This document shows positions 1 to 10,470 of a stretch of DNA of 64,000 bases, piece after piece. Source of the DNA: Setoptus koraiensis (lineage: Eukaryota; Animalia; Arthropoda). Below the pieces are notes generated by a model. That model had not been told where the DNA came from. It saw only the letters and a list, made by a program, of their open reading frames with translations, and ran no database searches. Position numbers and translations under genes: made by a program. The stretch covers positions 7,688,001-7,752,000 of the forward strand of contig CM106585.1 in the NCBI GenBank assembly GCA_048013815.1, read 5' to 3'. Numbering within the stretch: the stretch's first letter is position 1; every line of letters begins with the position of its first letter.

Positions 1-1
1 C

Positions 2-217
2 GATCTGAAACGCATACCCATGCTAAAGTCCGCATTGAATACACTGTTCTGTGAAGAGGTTGCAGCTTTGCAAGATAGGGGGGAAAGGACAAAGATGAAA
101 CAAGAACTTATCTCCAAGTATTTAGAAGAGCATCAGAGTACAAGCAAGCTTAATGCCAAAGAAGTGTCGCAAAGAATTCAAGAGGATATAGAGGGTAGCC
201 TATCTAATAAAATCTGA
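2..217 (+). CDS. 3' end of an unidentified protein-coding gene (runs in from the window edge)
   Basis: Frame is open from position 2 (DLKRIPMLKSALNTLFCEEVAALQDRGERTKMKQELISKYLEEHQ...SNKI*) with helical, protein-like composition, followed by an AT-rich 3' region converging on the Pc gene. Family not recognised. Confidence 0.55.
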   Translation, partial: DLKRIPMLKSALNTLFCEEVAALQDRGERTKMKQELISKYLEEHQSTSKLNAKEVSQRIQEDIEGSLSNKI

Positions 218-350
218 AAACTATGAATGTGCACAAATTTATATAGTCATGCTAATGTTGTCATCTTCCGGTTTTTTATTTACATTGGAACTTAATTAAT
301 TAAAAATATACAGTTAAGTAGACATGCTTATGCATTGCGATAGTTCTTGT

Positions 351-1838
351 TCACTCATCAACAGTCTCGACGGCAACGCTATGCTTGTCTTTGTCCCTAA
401 AGAAGCCGCGCTCTGTTTTACATTCACATATACTTATAGTTTGATTATTTACAGTAACATCTGTGATAACAGTACCTAATATAGCTGCATCAGACAGATA
501 AAGTGAATGTTCGAGAGAGTTCACGGGTGTATGCTTGGGTGACGGCGGTGGTTCTGATGCTTGATTTAGATTGTCCACCGATGTTGGAGCTAATATTAGA
601 GCTTGTGAATGTGTTGGTGTGCAAGTGAGTATCTGTTGGTTATTTTCTGATGTTCTTTTAGTCTGAGTGAGTGCTTTGGGAACAGTTCGGCGTGGCTGCA
701 TCCCGAATGCAGCCTCTATGGTAGGCATAGTTCGGCGTGGCTGGATCCCGAGGGCCGTCCTCATAGTTGGCACAGTGCTGCGTTGTTGCGTACCAAAATT
801 AGCGCTCACAGTCGCCACGGGGGTGCCCTGTGGGATTCCGAAAGTGGCCCTTAGAGTGGGCATGGCTTGACTTGACCTAGGTTGTAGATTGGGCTGGACT
901 GTGGCCACTGTGGATACTGGTGCAGCTTTGATTGCAGGTGGACGTGCGGGTTTAGCTGCATATGCGCGTACTGATTTGGGTGTAGACGTGGGTGCTGGTT
1001 TCGTTGCGGGAGCCGGTATGGATACTGGTCTCATTGCTACTGTTGGTGTTGGGGCGACCAAGGATGGGGGCGTAGGTGTAGATTTCGGTTTGAGTTCTGG
1101 TACCAATACCGGTGTGGATGTGGGTGTGGGTACTGATGTAGACGTTGATGTGGATGTGGACGTGGACGTGGTACAGACATATGTTGGTGCCGATGTGGCA
1201 GCTGACACAGCTGGTAGTACCGGTGTAGATGCTGTTGGAGATACAGTTTTCGGTGCGGTTGAGGAGGCAGGTGAGGTTGCCAAGGTGGTTTTGGGTTCAG
1301 ACACATTATTGAGTATGGGCGCCGATGTCGTTGGCGTGAGTGTAGGTGCTGGTGCGGGTGATTTTATGGGACTTGAGGCCGCCTCTGATGATGGAATTGG
1401 CTTCAAATCAGCTGATTTCGAGGTAGAACTAGATTCAGGAGTCTTGTCTTGGTCGATTTCCACAATATGAGATAACTCGGTGTCACCGGATTTGGAGGCA
1501 GTGGTTGCATTCAGAGTTTGATCTAGATTTGTTTCTAAATTTTGAGTCGGCTCGGTATCATCTGACCTAGGGGCAGGAGTTGAGTCCAAAGTTTGGTCCT
1601 GATCTATTACTAAGTTTTGATTTGATGTATCTAGGGTTTTAGATATATTAGAGGACTTTTTTCTTTCTTTACTCTTTTTGCGTTCAAAGGCATCAAAGAG
1701 TCTCCTATCCAATACATTTTCAGCTGGTTCCCAAGAATTGTGTTTACTGCTCCAGCCCTTCCATTTGATTAGATATTTCATTTGACCATTTTCTTCTTTC
1801 TCTTCCAGAATGCGTTCGGCATCATAAACGTCATCCAT
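351..1838 (-). CDS. Pc: Polycomb / CBX2-4-6-7-8 class chromobox protein, 495 aa, intronless
   Basis: N-terminal chromodomain VYDAERIL...KYLIKWKGWSSKHNSWEPAENVLDRRL, a Pro/Thr/Ser-rich linker, and the C-terminal Pc/Cbx box TVITDVTVNNQTISICECKTERGFF. Confidence 0.92.
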   Translation of the reverse strand: MDDVYDAERILEEKEENGQMKYLIKWKGWSSKHNSWEPAENVLDRRLFDAFERKKSKERKKSSNISKTLDTSNQNLVIDQDQTLDSTPAPRSDDTEPTQNLETNLDQTLNATTASKSGDTELSHIVEIDQDKTPESSSTSKSADLKPIPSSEAASSPIKSPAPAPTLTPTTSAPILNNVSEPKTTLATSPASSTAPKTVSPTASTPVLPAVSAATSAPTYVCTTSTSTSTSTSTSVPTPTSTPVLVPELKPKSTPTPPSLVAPTPTVAMRPVSIPAPATKPAPTSTPKSVRAYAAKPARPPAIKAAPVSTVATVQPNLQPRSSQAMPTLRATFGIPQGTPVATVSANFGTQQRSTVPTMRTALGIQPRRTMPTIEAAFGMQPRRTVPKALTQTKRTSENNQQILTCTPTHSQALILAPTSVDNLNQASEPPPSPKHTPVNSLEHSLYLSDAAILGTVITDVTVNNQTISICECKTERGFFRDKDKHSVAVETVDE

Positions 1839-2134
1839 TTTGAATAATAGTGTGGCTTGGTATGATTAAATTTTAAATATGGAATAGAGGATAATAATAA
1901 TAATAAATAAATCCTATAATAATGAGGATAAAATCACGTTCATGAATACTGTAATGCGAGAAGATACATGTAAATCCCATTCACAGTGAAAACGGCTGTA
2001 CTGCAAAAAGCCCGAATTGCCGAAAAGAAGCGCGCAACTCAAATAAAAAATTTATGTAGAGCAACCAGTTCATTTTTGATGACAGTCAAGTTGGAACTAA
2101 ATAATTGATTCAGAAATCTTGAATATACTATGAG

Positions 2135-2500
2135 AGGCAATAATGTTAGAAATCTGTATCCATTCCAGGGCTAGGCTAATAGTTCGGAGATCTTATTGGC
2201 TTGGTTTTCTGACCGACATCTAGCCGATAGTGTGCAAAGTAAGGCGCCGGCCAGTGGGCACGAAAAAGCGCTCACGATAATAATTGACACTGTTGAGGAG
2301 AGGAGACATTATTGTTGATAATGAAGACAAAAAATGAGATTGCTGATAAGATAATGCAAAGTTGGATGATTCTTTCAGCTCCGCCATATAGCTATTTTTG
2401 ATTTTTGAGGACGCTGTCGATGATCATGCATTGATAGAATGGACATGGTGAAGATTTTGTATGGTTTACGATGGCGTATTGCTAGATAAAGCGCATTCCA
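2135..2500 (-). repeat. Diverged direct duplicate of the ENPP last intron plus final exon (partner copy at ~12350-12695)
   Basis: Collinear similarity by eye, e.g. 2217 catctagccgatagtgtgcaaagtaaggcgccggccagtgggcacgaaaaagcgctcacgata vs 12423 tatctagccagcagtgtgcagagtaaggcgccggccactaggaacgaaaaaccgctcatgata; atgcattgata and agctccgcc blocks are also shared. Confidence 0.9.
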
Positions 2501-3036
2501 ACACAACAAAAGCGAGCGGTGCACTTGCAGCAACGGGCTTATGTTGCGCCTATGTCTGCAGAAAAGCCGCCCTGCTGATATCGGTGCCTAACAAATTCAC
2601 TGTGGTTATTTTGCGTTGTTGTTGTTGTAAATCTAGAGCTAACTGTAGGTCCGTAATATCATTTTTAATTATCAATCATTTATATAAAATACACATGTTA
2701 TTGTATGTTGTCAACCAACGACGTCGTTCTATATCAATTCATTATTAATTGTATACAGTTCAAAGACCCTGTAATGCCTTATTATACCAGCCAAGCCCAG
2801 TAGTCGCCATTCTCGACACTTACTCTAGATGGTGCAATTAGACTCACAGTGATAAGAATAAGAGAATTAGTGTGTTTGGGCGAGTTTAATGCTCGTTTAC
2901 TTTTGACCCGGACTAAACCGATATTGCCTCAACAGAGACTGGAGGGCCATAGGAATTTTCCACCGGTTGATCTTGCATTGGTTGTTTAAAGTCCAATAGA
3001 ATTTTTATTGATATCATTCGGAGTGCCTGCCTCACC

Positions 3037-4095
3037 ATGTCCTCTGACATTTACATGGACCAAGAAAATGACAGACTTCCTGCAGGAATGACGCGAATTG
3101 GAAGTGAAACAGATACTCAACCTGACACGGGCTATGATAATAGACGCCAACAAAACAGCACCTCACGTCTCGATGATAACTCAACCTCGAGCGACAACAC
3201 CAGCAATTACAACACTGTTAATGGAGTTGAAGTTACGGACGCCTCAAGAAAACGAGACTCCAATTGGAATAGAGACGAAGTTGTATGCCTCCTTAATAGT
3301 ATTAAGGAAATAACTAACAGCAAACGAAGCGATGGCAGAAAAAGAAGCTCTCGTGAAATATTTGAATACTCTGCCAAGAAGATGATAGAGAAAGGATTTC
3401 CAGTTAGAGGTGACCGCGAAAAGTGTAGGACCAAATGGAAAAAACTCAAAGAAGAGCTTTCGTTGGCTAAACGGGCCAGACAAAGAGATGGCCCAAACGC
3501 TAGAATACCTGTTGGTATAATACCATTCTTTTCGATGCTTGATGAAATGATTAATCTGCAACACCATAACATCAGTCCAAATAGCACAATTGTTAGACGC
3601 TCACAGTCGTCTATCAGTCGTGACGCAATCCATAGTGTTCCTCGTTCGAGCCATATTCAGCAACAAAGATCTACGAACACTCATATCAACACTGATTGTT
3701 TACATGGACAGGGAAATGATCAAGATATGCCTGTAAATCAATCCGACACCGATCCAGGAGATCTGGTCCAACACGGTACTTATACTGCAGGTATACCTGG
3801 TTCACTAATGAGCAAAACAGGCAATAATCCTACGACCAATAACCATCCACAACAACAATCCGGGAGCCCTATTGAAGATTACAATAGCTCAGCTATGATG
3901 AACAACTCTGAAGCTAATGCTTCTATGATGCAAAATTCAGAACAAGCCTGTGACATTTCATACAGAGTTAGTAATGGCTACCGACAGATCACGATTTTTG
4001 GAGATCATGATGTTGACATAAAATTTAGAGGAGACTGTGTTACAATAAATAAGTTGATTGAAGAATACACTGGGTGTGAGATGCCTTTCAATTAG
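3037..4095 (+). CDS. Myb/SANT-like (trihelix/MADF-type) DNA-binding protein, 352 aa, intronless
   Basis: Motif NWNRDEVVCLLNSIKE...REIFEYSAKKMIEKGF...REKCRTKWKKLKEE is typical of Myb/SANT-like trihelix domains; the rest is low-complexity N/S/Q sequence. Confidence 0.8.
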   Translation: MSSDIYMDQENDRLPAGMTRIGSETDTQPDTGYDNRRQQNSTSRLDDNSTSSDNTSNYNTVNGVEVTDASRKRDSNWNRDEVVCLLNSIKEITNSKRSDGRKRSSREIFEYSAKKMIEKGFPVRGDREKCRTKWKKLKEELSLAKRARQRDGPNARIPVGIIPFFSMLDEMINLQHHNISPNSTIVRRSQSSISRDAIHSVPRSSHIQQQRSTNTHINTDCLHGQGNDQDMPVNQSDTDPGDLVQHGTYTAGIPGSLMSKTGNNPTTNNHPQQQSGSPIEDYNSSAMMNNSEANASMMQNSEQACDISYRVSNGYRQITIFGDHDVDIKFRGDCVTINKLIEEYTGCEMPFN

Positions 4096-4633
4096 TTTTT
4101 GTATGATTTATAATGGTGATGCTGTTGATGCCGAATGCGTGTGCCTCTTGGTTTGGGTTTCTGATGCGGTTGCCTATCTTTTTTTGATGTTTCTGCGATG
4201 TACAGGAAAACTTTATCATTGTTTCCGCGACTGGTGACACCTGTATCACTATGGCTCTTTTTCATCTTCTGATAAGACACTCATGTTGTTGCATTGCATC
4301 TGATCAGCAATGAAGCAACAAAACCTCTACCGGCTATTCAGTCAATTATGTAACGACTCTGAATGAACTGATCAATCGACTGATAGCATCAGAGGATGTA
4401 ATTTTTATTATTTATTACACTTGTAATACTACGGCGACATTATCACTTGTACTAATGACCATGACTCGTGAGTCTGTGTTATACCTGCAAACATACTTGG
4501 TGCCTTTCTATGGTAACAACACCCTGTTGAATTTGTAATCGTTCATTCTAAATATAACCCATCTAATATTCACATCACAAGATAGCTGAGGACTCTCTCA
4601 GTCGATATTGGATTATTTACAAAACCTAACAAT

Positions 4634-6091
4634 ATGGCAGAACAAAACCAAGATGATGCGAGCCTAAAAGAGGTCTCAGAAATCGATGCTAGTGGTGACC
4701 TCAAAAATGGTTCAAGTAGCCCTACAAAATCGTTGTCGGAAACACCAACTCGCAACAAATCTGCAGAGAAATACTGGTCTGAAATCGATCCGAACGAAGA
4801 ACTAGTTTGGATGGACTACTGTATAGAGGATATACCAAGATATGAGCTACGTAAAGAGATAACTGACGAGCAACTATTGATTTGCTTCCACAACTTTCAT
4901 GCCACTTTGAACACGAGAGTGAAGGATGCGAGTTTTGCAACTTTGATGAACTTGATGTTGCAGTTGGCCCCAAATCTGTTGCATCACTGTACAAGTTGCA
5001 GGTTTCAGGGGACCAAGGTGATCGAGTCTGTTAGGAGAGGACCCGTTAGAGAATTGATTATACCAGAAAATCTATCTACCAGAATGGAGGTAGACTTTAA
5101 TTCCAAGAAAGAGATCAGTGTTCCGAAATCGAAATGTGACATCGCAGGAACTGTAGTAGTAGATGATAAACAATTCAATGAGTGGTACTCGGATATATCA
5201 AACAAACAAGACTCCATTGCATTCTTTGCCTTGTTTAGTATGGCAAGCTTTAGAATTCTAACAAAATCGAAATACAATTCTATGAAACATCTGCAAGGAC
5301 TTTTATTCAATAGATTTCGATTTTTCGCACGTACTGCTAGACCTCCAGCATTCCCTCTGATAAGTGAGAAATTCATAGAATCTTACCAAGCTATAGCCAG
5401 GGAAGATTACGCATCTTTCAAGAGCATCCTCGCTGATGTTATCTACCATTTCCATTTTCCAAGATTATACCGAGACGGGGTATGTCGACTATGTCAAGAT
5501 CTCCGTGGCTATGTAATTCAAGTGCCATTGAGTGGGACCGATATGGCGGTGTTAAAACTGCTAGATAAAGGGAACGCTATTTCGGGTGGAAAAGTTTTCT
5601 GGCTGAGGGACAAAATTGAGGAGATGAAAAATGCGACGATCAGAAAACAGTTCGAAAATTGTCTTAGGCTGTTGCTTACCTTTTATATCAAACCAGTTGA
5701 TCTTGAGGGTCACAGTGCTTGTTTGATCACGTATGCTCGTCTCATAGACAAAAGATTTTATTCATCTTTAAGTAATGCGGCAAACAAAGAATTGTGGTGT
5801 CTATTAGCCGGGATCGAAGCATCAAGCGATGATAGTACGCTAGAGAGTATACATTTATTGAAAGCTTTCCTGCCAAGAAATAAAGAGAGGATTTCATATT
5901 TTCGGAAAATCTTCAAGAAGGGATTCTCGTTGGGTGAAGATTTGAGAGAGGGCATCGACACCAAGTATAAAGATATAAAGTTAAAAGAAGATCTAATTGC
6001 AGAGTTTATGAGGAATGGTTTCGATAGGAAACTCTGGCCACTCCCGATGATTAACAAGGAGATACTGGTACCTCAGCCGAACGAAGGATAA
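4634..6091 (+). CDS. Endogenous viral element: rhabdovirus-like (plant cyto/nucleo/dichorhavirus-type) nucleoprotein N, 485 aa, intact ORF
   Basis: Length fits plant rhabdovirus N. Recognised motifs: N-terminal W-x-D-x2-I-x2-IPxYxL, central FALFSMASFRILTKSKYNSMKHLQ...RFRFF, and C-terminal YARLIDKRFYSSLSNAANKELWCLLAGI (cf. YAR(L/I)xDxx(F/Y)FxxL). No resemblance to a cellular family. Recognition from memory only. Confidence 0.75.
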   Translation: MAEQNQDDASLKEVSEIDASGDLKNGSSSPTKSLSETPTRNKSAEKYWSEIDPNEELVWMDYCIEDIPRYELRKEITDEQLLICFHNFHATLNTRVKDASFATLMNLMLQLAPNLLHHCTSCRFQGTKVIESVRRGPVRELIIPENLSTRMEVDFNSKKEISVPKSKCDIAGTVVVDDKQFNEWYSDISNKQDSIAFFALFSMASFRILTKSKYNSMKHLQGLLFNRFRFFARTARPPAFPLISEKFIESYQAIAREDYASFKSILADVIYHFHFPRLYRDGVCRLCQDLRGYVIQVPLSGTDMAVLKLLDKGNAISGGKVFWLRDKIEEMKNATIRKQFENCLRLLLTFYIKPVDLEGHSACLITYARLIDKRFYSSLSNAANKELWCLLAGIEASSDDSTLESIHLLKAFLPRNKERISYFRKIFKKGFSLGEDLREGIDTKYKDIKLKEDLIAEFMRNGFDRKLWPLPMINKEILVPQPNEG

Positions 6092-7853
6092 GGTCGTATC
6101 ATCAACGTATATTTCGTGCATTTCTCTCTGTTTCGATATACAATTGTAGCCGGAAGATGTCATAGGAAAAGCTCACATCAGTCTGTTTCGTCTGATTTAG
6201 GCTCATCAAATTCATCGTCGCCCCGATGGTTCATGTCACCATTGCCTCCGGACGCACCGCAAACCAACTTAACAGTGAACTACTGATCAAGTGTCAATCG
6301 ACTAGCAATAAACGCCGGCAATCGCGATATTAATTGGTTTCTTTCCAGTGAAATGCTTCTCAACAAAAGTTACTGAATCTTCATCAACCATTGCCGCGAT
6401 TAACAATGGTTTGCGTAAAAGATTGTTTCTACCACACCAGCTACTTTGAGCTGGCAAAACCGTTTCTAATGACAATCACTGTTATTATTATCACTATTTT
6501 ATTACCAACATCATCATTGATATCATCATCCATGTATAGTTCGATAAAAAGATAGTTTATCTTAGCTATCATTTCTTTCTTGTAGCCGCCATCCAAATTT
6601 TCTCAATGAATTGTAATACGTTCGTCACCTATCCAGAATAGATCTGCATAAGCATAATCAGAATGATTCACAGCTTGGTTATTATCGCTTTGTTGCATTG
6701 TACTTACAAATAAACATATTCTGGCCGGAATCTCTGTGGCGGAAGAGCGTCTCTTACCTCCTAAGACCAAGGTCAGACTTTTAGTAGCGAGGGGTGACGG
6801 AGGAATTTTTCGCCCCGCTGTAGTGCAGTAAAGCGAATGCCCGCTGTAAGCAATAAGATTCTTGTCCAAAAGTGGTGGCGAGAGGATTCTCACTGGACCA
6901 GTCAGCCCGATGATGATACAAACTGTGTCGGAGAGACGGGCGCTGCAACCAGTACATATACTCGGGTGGTGAACGTTCGCTGGCCAAAAATTCCAAAGAA
7001 CAGTATTGCGGAAAGAAAATCTCACCTGACGCAAGGATGAGATGAGAGTGATGCATCATCTCGAAATACTGTCAGCTTCAAAATATCATTATTTTGTTAT
7101 TTTTTTGTGATTGCCAAAATATTCAGCAAATTCAACTCTAATCATCCAATTATGTATACTTAAGACTAATAGAAGCAAAATAAGGATTTGTTGCAAAAAG
7201 GGCTGTTCTGAATAGTGTCTGCTACGGGTAAATCTTTTTGTGGGTATTGTAGAGCACCTCGAGAGAAATCTTTTCAGCCGGGTTCCATTTCCGGTCAAAA
7301 ATAATAAGATTATTGCAAAAAATCGACTTAGTGGAAAAGTATTTAATAATCCCACTAAAGATAAGTTTAGCTCGATCTCAGCGAATCTTCTGTTCTCTCT
7401 TATCAAATCAACCACCAATACAGTAAAATTAACTCAGCTGCTATACTGCAATGTAGCTCTCTCAGGCCTACTAACTTAGTCTCTGAATTGATTATTTAGT
7501 CTACAATTATCAATACTCGCTCTGCTTCTCATCCTCAATAGATACCCTTGCTGAGTATGAGGCTATGTTTTTATGTTGGTATGTAATATAGTGTATTAAA
7601 TAGACTGTATTAAATTTTTGCATTCTCATAGAGTTATTTCTGGTGTCGGAAAAGATGTAGGTGTAGCCTTCAGCTTGGGTTTTTGGTAATCAGTTGTGTT
7701 TCAAGATCATTTGTCTAAAACTGCAATAATAGGATGTTAATAGGATAAGCGAATCTTCAACCCATATAAAACATAACCTAGACAATTCTTTGTGAGTGAT
7801 AGATCATGATCCTCTTAGGGAGATTTATTAGAAATAAAATATTATCATTTGGC

Positions 7854-10035
7854 TTAATTTAGTGGGGCTTGCTGAGTAATCTCTATTCTTTGTACGGTCA
7901 TATTTGGATCCATCATGGTGGCCTCCTGAATTGCTTCAGCTAAAGCTAATTCATGATCGACAGGATCGCCATCGCTCTTTATAGTAATTTTGTGTTCAAC
8001 ACGCGTTTCTACCATGCCATCTTTTTCCATTTTGTACTGTTTTTAGAATTTTTTAAATACAAAATGAGATTGTTCTTGTTATGTACTTGAACCTACACGG
8101 ATCTCGAATAGTAAAATGAGTTGATCTTGATCATTTATTCATGATACTTACTGTCATCGTCTCCACCGTATGAGTTTTACTCGAGATAGTTTGAGAACTA
8201 ACGATGTCATCCTCTCCATCTGGAGAAGGTGACTTGAGTGCAACTCCTGATGAGTTGGCAAAAGATTGCGGCGGGGCTAAACAGGTGTCTGAATGCTTTG
8301 TTTCACCTTTTGAATAAGAGTTGGACGGCTGTGATGGAATTTAAAAACAAGTGGGTGTTAATAGATTGCTAGAAAATTTCTTAGAGCAAAGCTATCAGCG
8401 GGTTGGAGAGATCTCTTGTGCACGTACCTTTTTCTCGATAAATGCTGCTTTTCTTGTCTCAGAGGTAGTTACTGGCATGGAAGTTCTGTTGGTGGCATAT
8501 TGTTGTTGGCCCCTTTGAGGTCCTATGGATGACGCAGGAGCGGCACCATATCTAACCATCTCACTATAAATGACAGGGGCTATATCATCGTAATTACCAC
8601 TTACTATCAGATCCGACTTACGATTATTATTTTCATAAACTGATTGTCTAGAAATTGATTCTTTGCTTTTAACTCGTTCGATGGGACTTTTTCTCTGCTC
8701 TTCTATTTTTTTCATTTCCATAGGGGGTAGAACAGCAACACCACCTATAGGTCTTCTATGCATAGGTTTCTCTTTTTTATCACTGAGTGATTCTTCTGTC
8801 AAGGATGGTGAAACACTATCATGAGTAGTTATGGAATTATAAGAAATTGCATTGCCAGAGAGCGTTCTGTCTGTGGCTTGTCGACTGGACCTGCCAGCAC
8901 CATCATCGTTATATACAGGATAAGTTTGTTGACTTTTTATACTGTTTATATCTACTTCTGATGGTTGCCGCCTGTTTGATTGTCTTTCCAATGTTTGACC
9001 CCCATTGTCAATACTCTGACTGGCCCAGTTTCTGTTGCTGAATGTCCTTTGGAAATCAGGATGTGGCCGTTTTATTTGCATGCTGGCTTGTTTCGATTGG
9101 TATTGTGTACGACCGGAGTATCTAAATTTTGATCCAAATCTTGGTAAGAGAATTCTAGTTCTATTTGGTTCCTCGGGTGTTGTCAATCTAAAAAATGTAT
9201 GATGCTCAACGCAGGTCTTCCACAATCTTTTCGCAGCAGTTAAATTGGCCAATTTGAAGCCTATTGTACTTTCGTATTGATCGAATTCGCCCGGCCTTAT
9301 TCTAATATAAAAATTATTTCTCTTATAAGATATCTTCAATATTTTAGGCCAAGCAAATCTATTTATTCTCAATCGGTCAATGTAAACAAATAGACCTGAG
9401 GCACACACGCCAATGAGTATATCCGCGCCAGCTGAGTCCTTGGCTGGATGTAGATCAACACCATACATGGCCAATCTGCGCGCATTCTCTAAATAGTGTA
9501 GATCTGCCTCGGCTGACGTTTGTCCTTTATGTTGCTGATGCAATTCTGCCACCCGCAATTCAAGCTCTTGTGTTTGTTGGGGCGCAAATTGAAAATCCCT
9601 GAGATAATCTGAATCGTGCTCTTGGGGGTCGTAATCGCCCAATTCCGATTGGACCATGTAAGAGCCTAGGGCAGCGTAAGTAACTAGAGAGCATGGCAGT
9701 CGGCCAGTGAGTATGTCCCGGCGCACTTGTAGACAGACAAAATATCTGGTGATGTCCTCGTGCAATTGTGCCGGATCTGGTGGATAAAATTTGACTTCAA
9801 AGTATAATTGCGCATTATTGTGACTCTTGAGTTGTCTGCCAATGGGCTTTTCGTTGTTTAGCCAGTCCTTGCCCTCGTTGGGCGACGTCTGAAACGACAG
9901 ACCAAAATAGTCTTTCTCGAGCAGGTTGACGTGATCGCACACCTTGTCGAACAATAATTGACCCTTGGATTTTTTGTCCACCTTGATGTCGACATGGGTG
10001 TTGTCGAGCAGTACAACCTTAATAGATTTCTTCAT
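7854..10035 (-). CDS. cora: Coracle / protein 4.1, ~655 aa; exons 10035-8428, 8328-8152, 8036-7854
   Basis: FERM plus FA domain ([43 protein letters not shown]). Two phase-0 GT-AG introns join it to the 4.1 C-terminal domain ([62 protein letters not shown]). Confidence 0.95.
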
Positions 10036-10356
10036 GATTGTATAGATCTAGTAACTGTTGTTGTTGGGTTAGCGATAGTGACAGTAGTGTTAGTATTGCG
10101 TGCGTTTGTGGTCTATGCGTCTCTCAATCTGTTAATGTGATATATCTGTTTCTTTTTGCTTGTTCGTCTGGCCATAACTATGTGTGCTGTGATGTTGTGT
10201 TCAATTGTCGAGATTGGCCGCGTTCGTCATCGTGCTGCGAATGATTGCGCTGGAATAGTGTGGGTCGTAGTAAAAATATTTCTGTGATGCGTCTTGTATA
10301 AATAATGGCAGTAACAAACTAATACGGCGCTTTTTTACACAGAAGCGACAATACGC

Positions 10357-10470
10357 TAGTGATACGGTAATACAGTGATACGGTAATGCAGTGATTCGGT
10401 AATACGGCAATTCGGTAATACAGTGATTGGGTAATACAGTGATAGGGCATTCATACAGTGATTCGGCGGT
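10357..10470. repeat. Degenerate ~17-bp tandem repeat (CAGTGATACGGTAATA-like), about 6-7 copies
   Basis: gtgatacggtaatacagtgatacggtaatgcagtgattcggtaatacggcaattcggtaatacagtgattgggtaatacagtgataggg seen directly. Confidence 0.8.

Noticed and set aside
667-1470. Plus-strand ORFs of 67 and 193 aa
   Set aside because: Antisense shadows of the low-complexity Pc linker.
4625-4633. AACAAT just before the N ATG as a rhabdoviral gene-start signal
   Set aside because: Too short to be significant in AT-rich DNA, and no matching gene-end or intergenic consensus was found.
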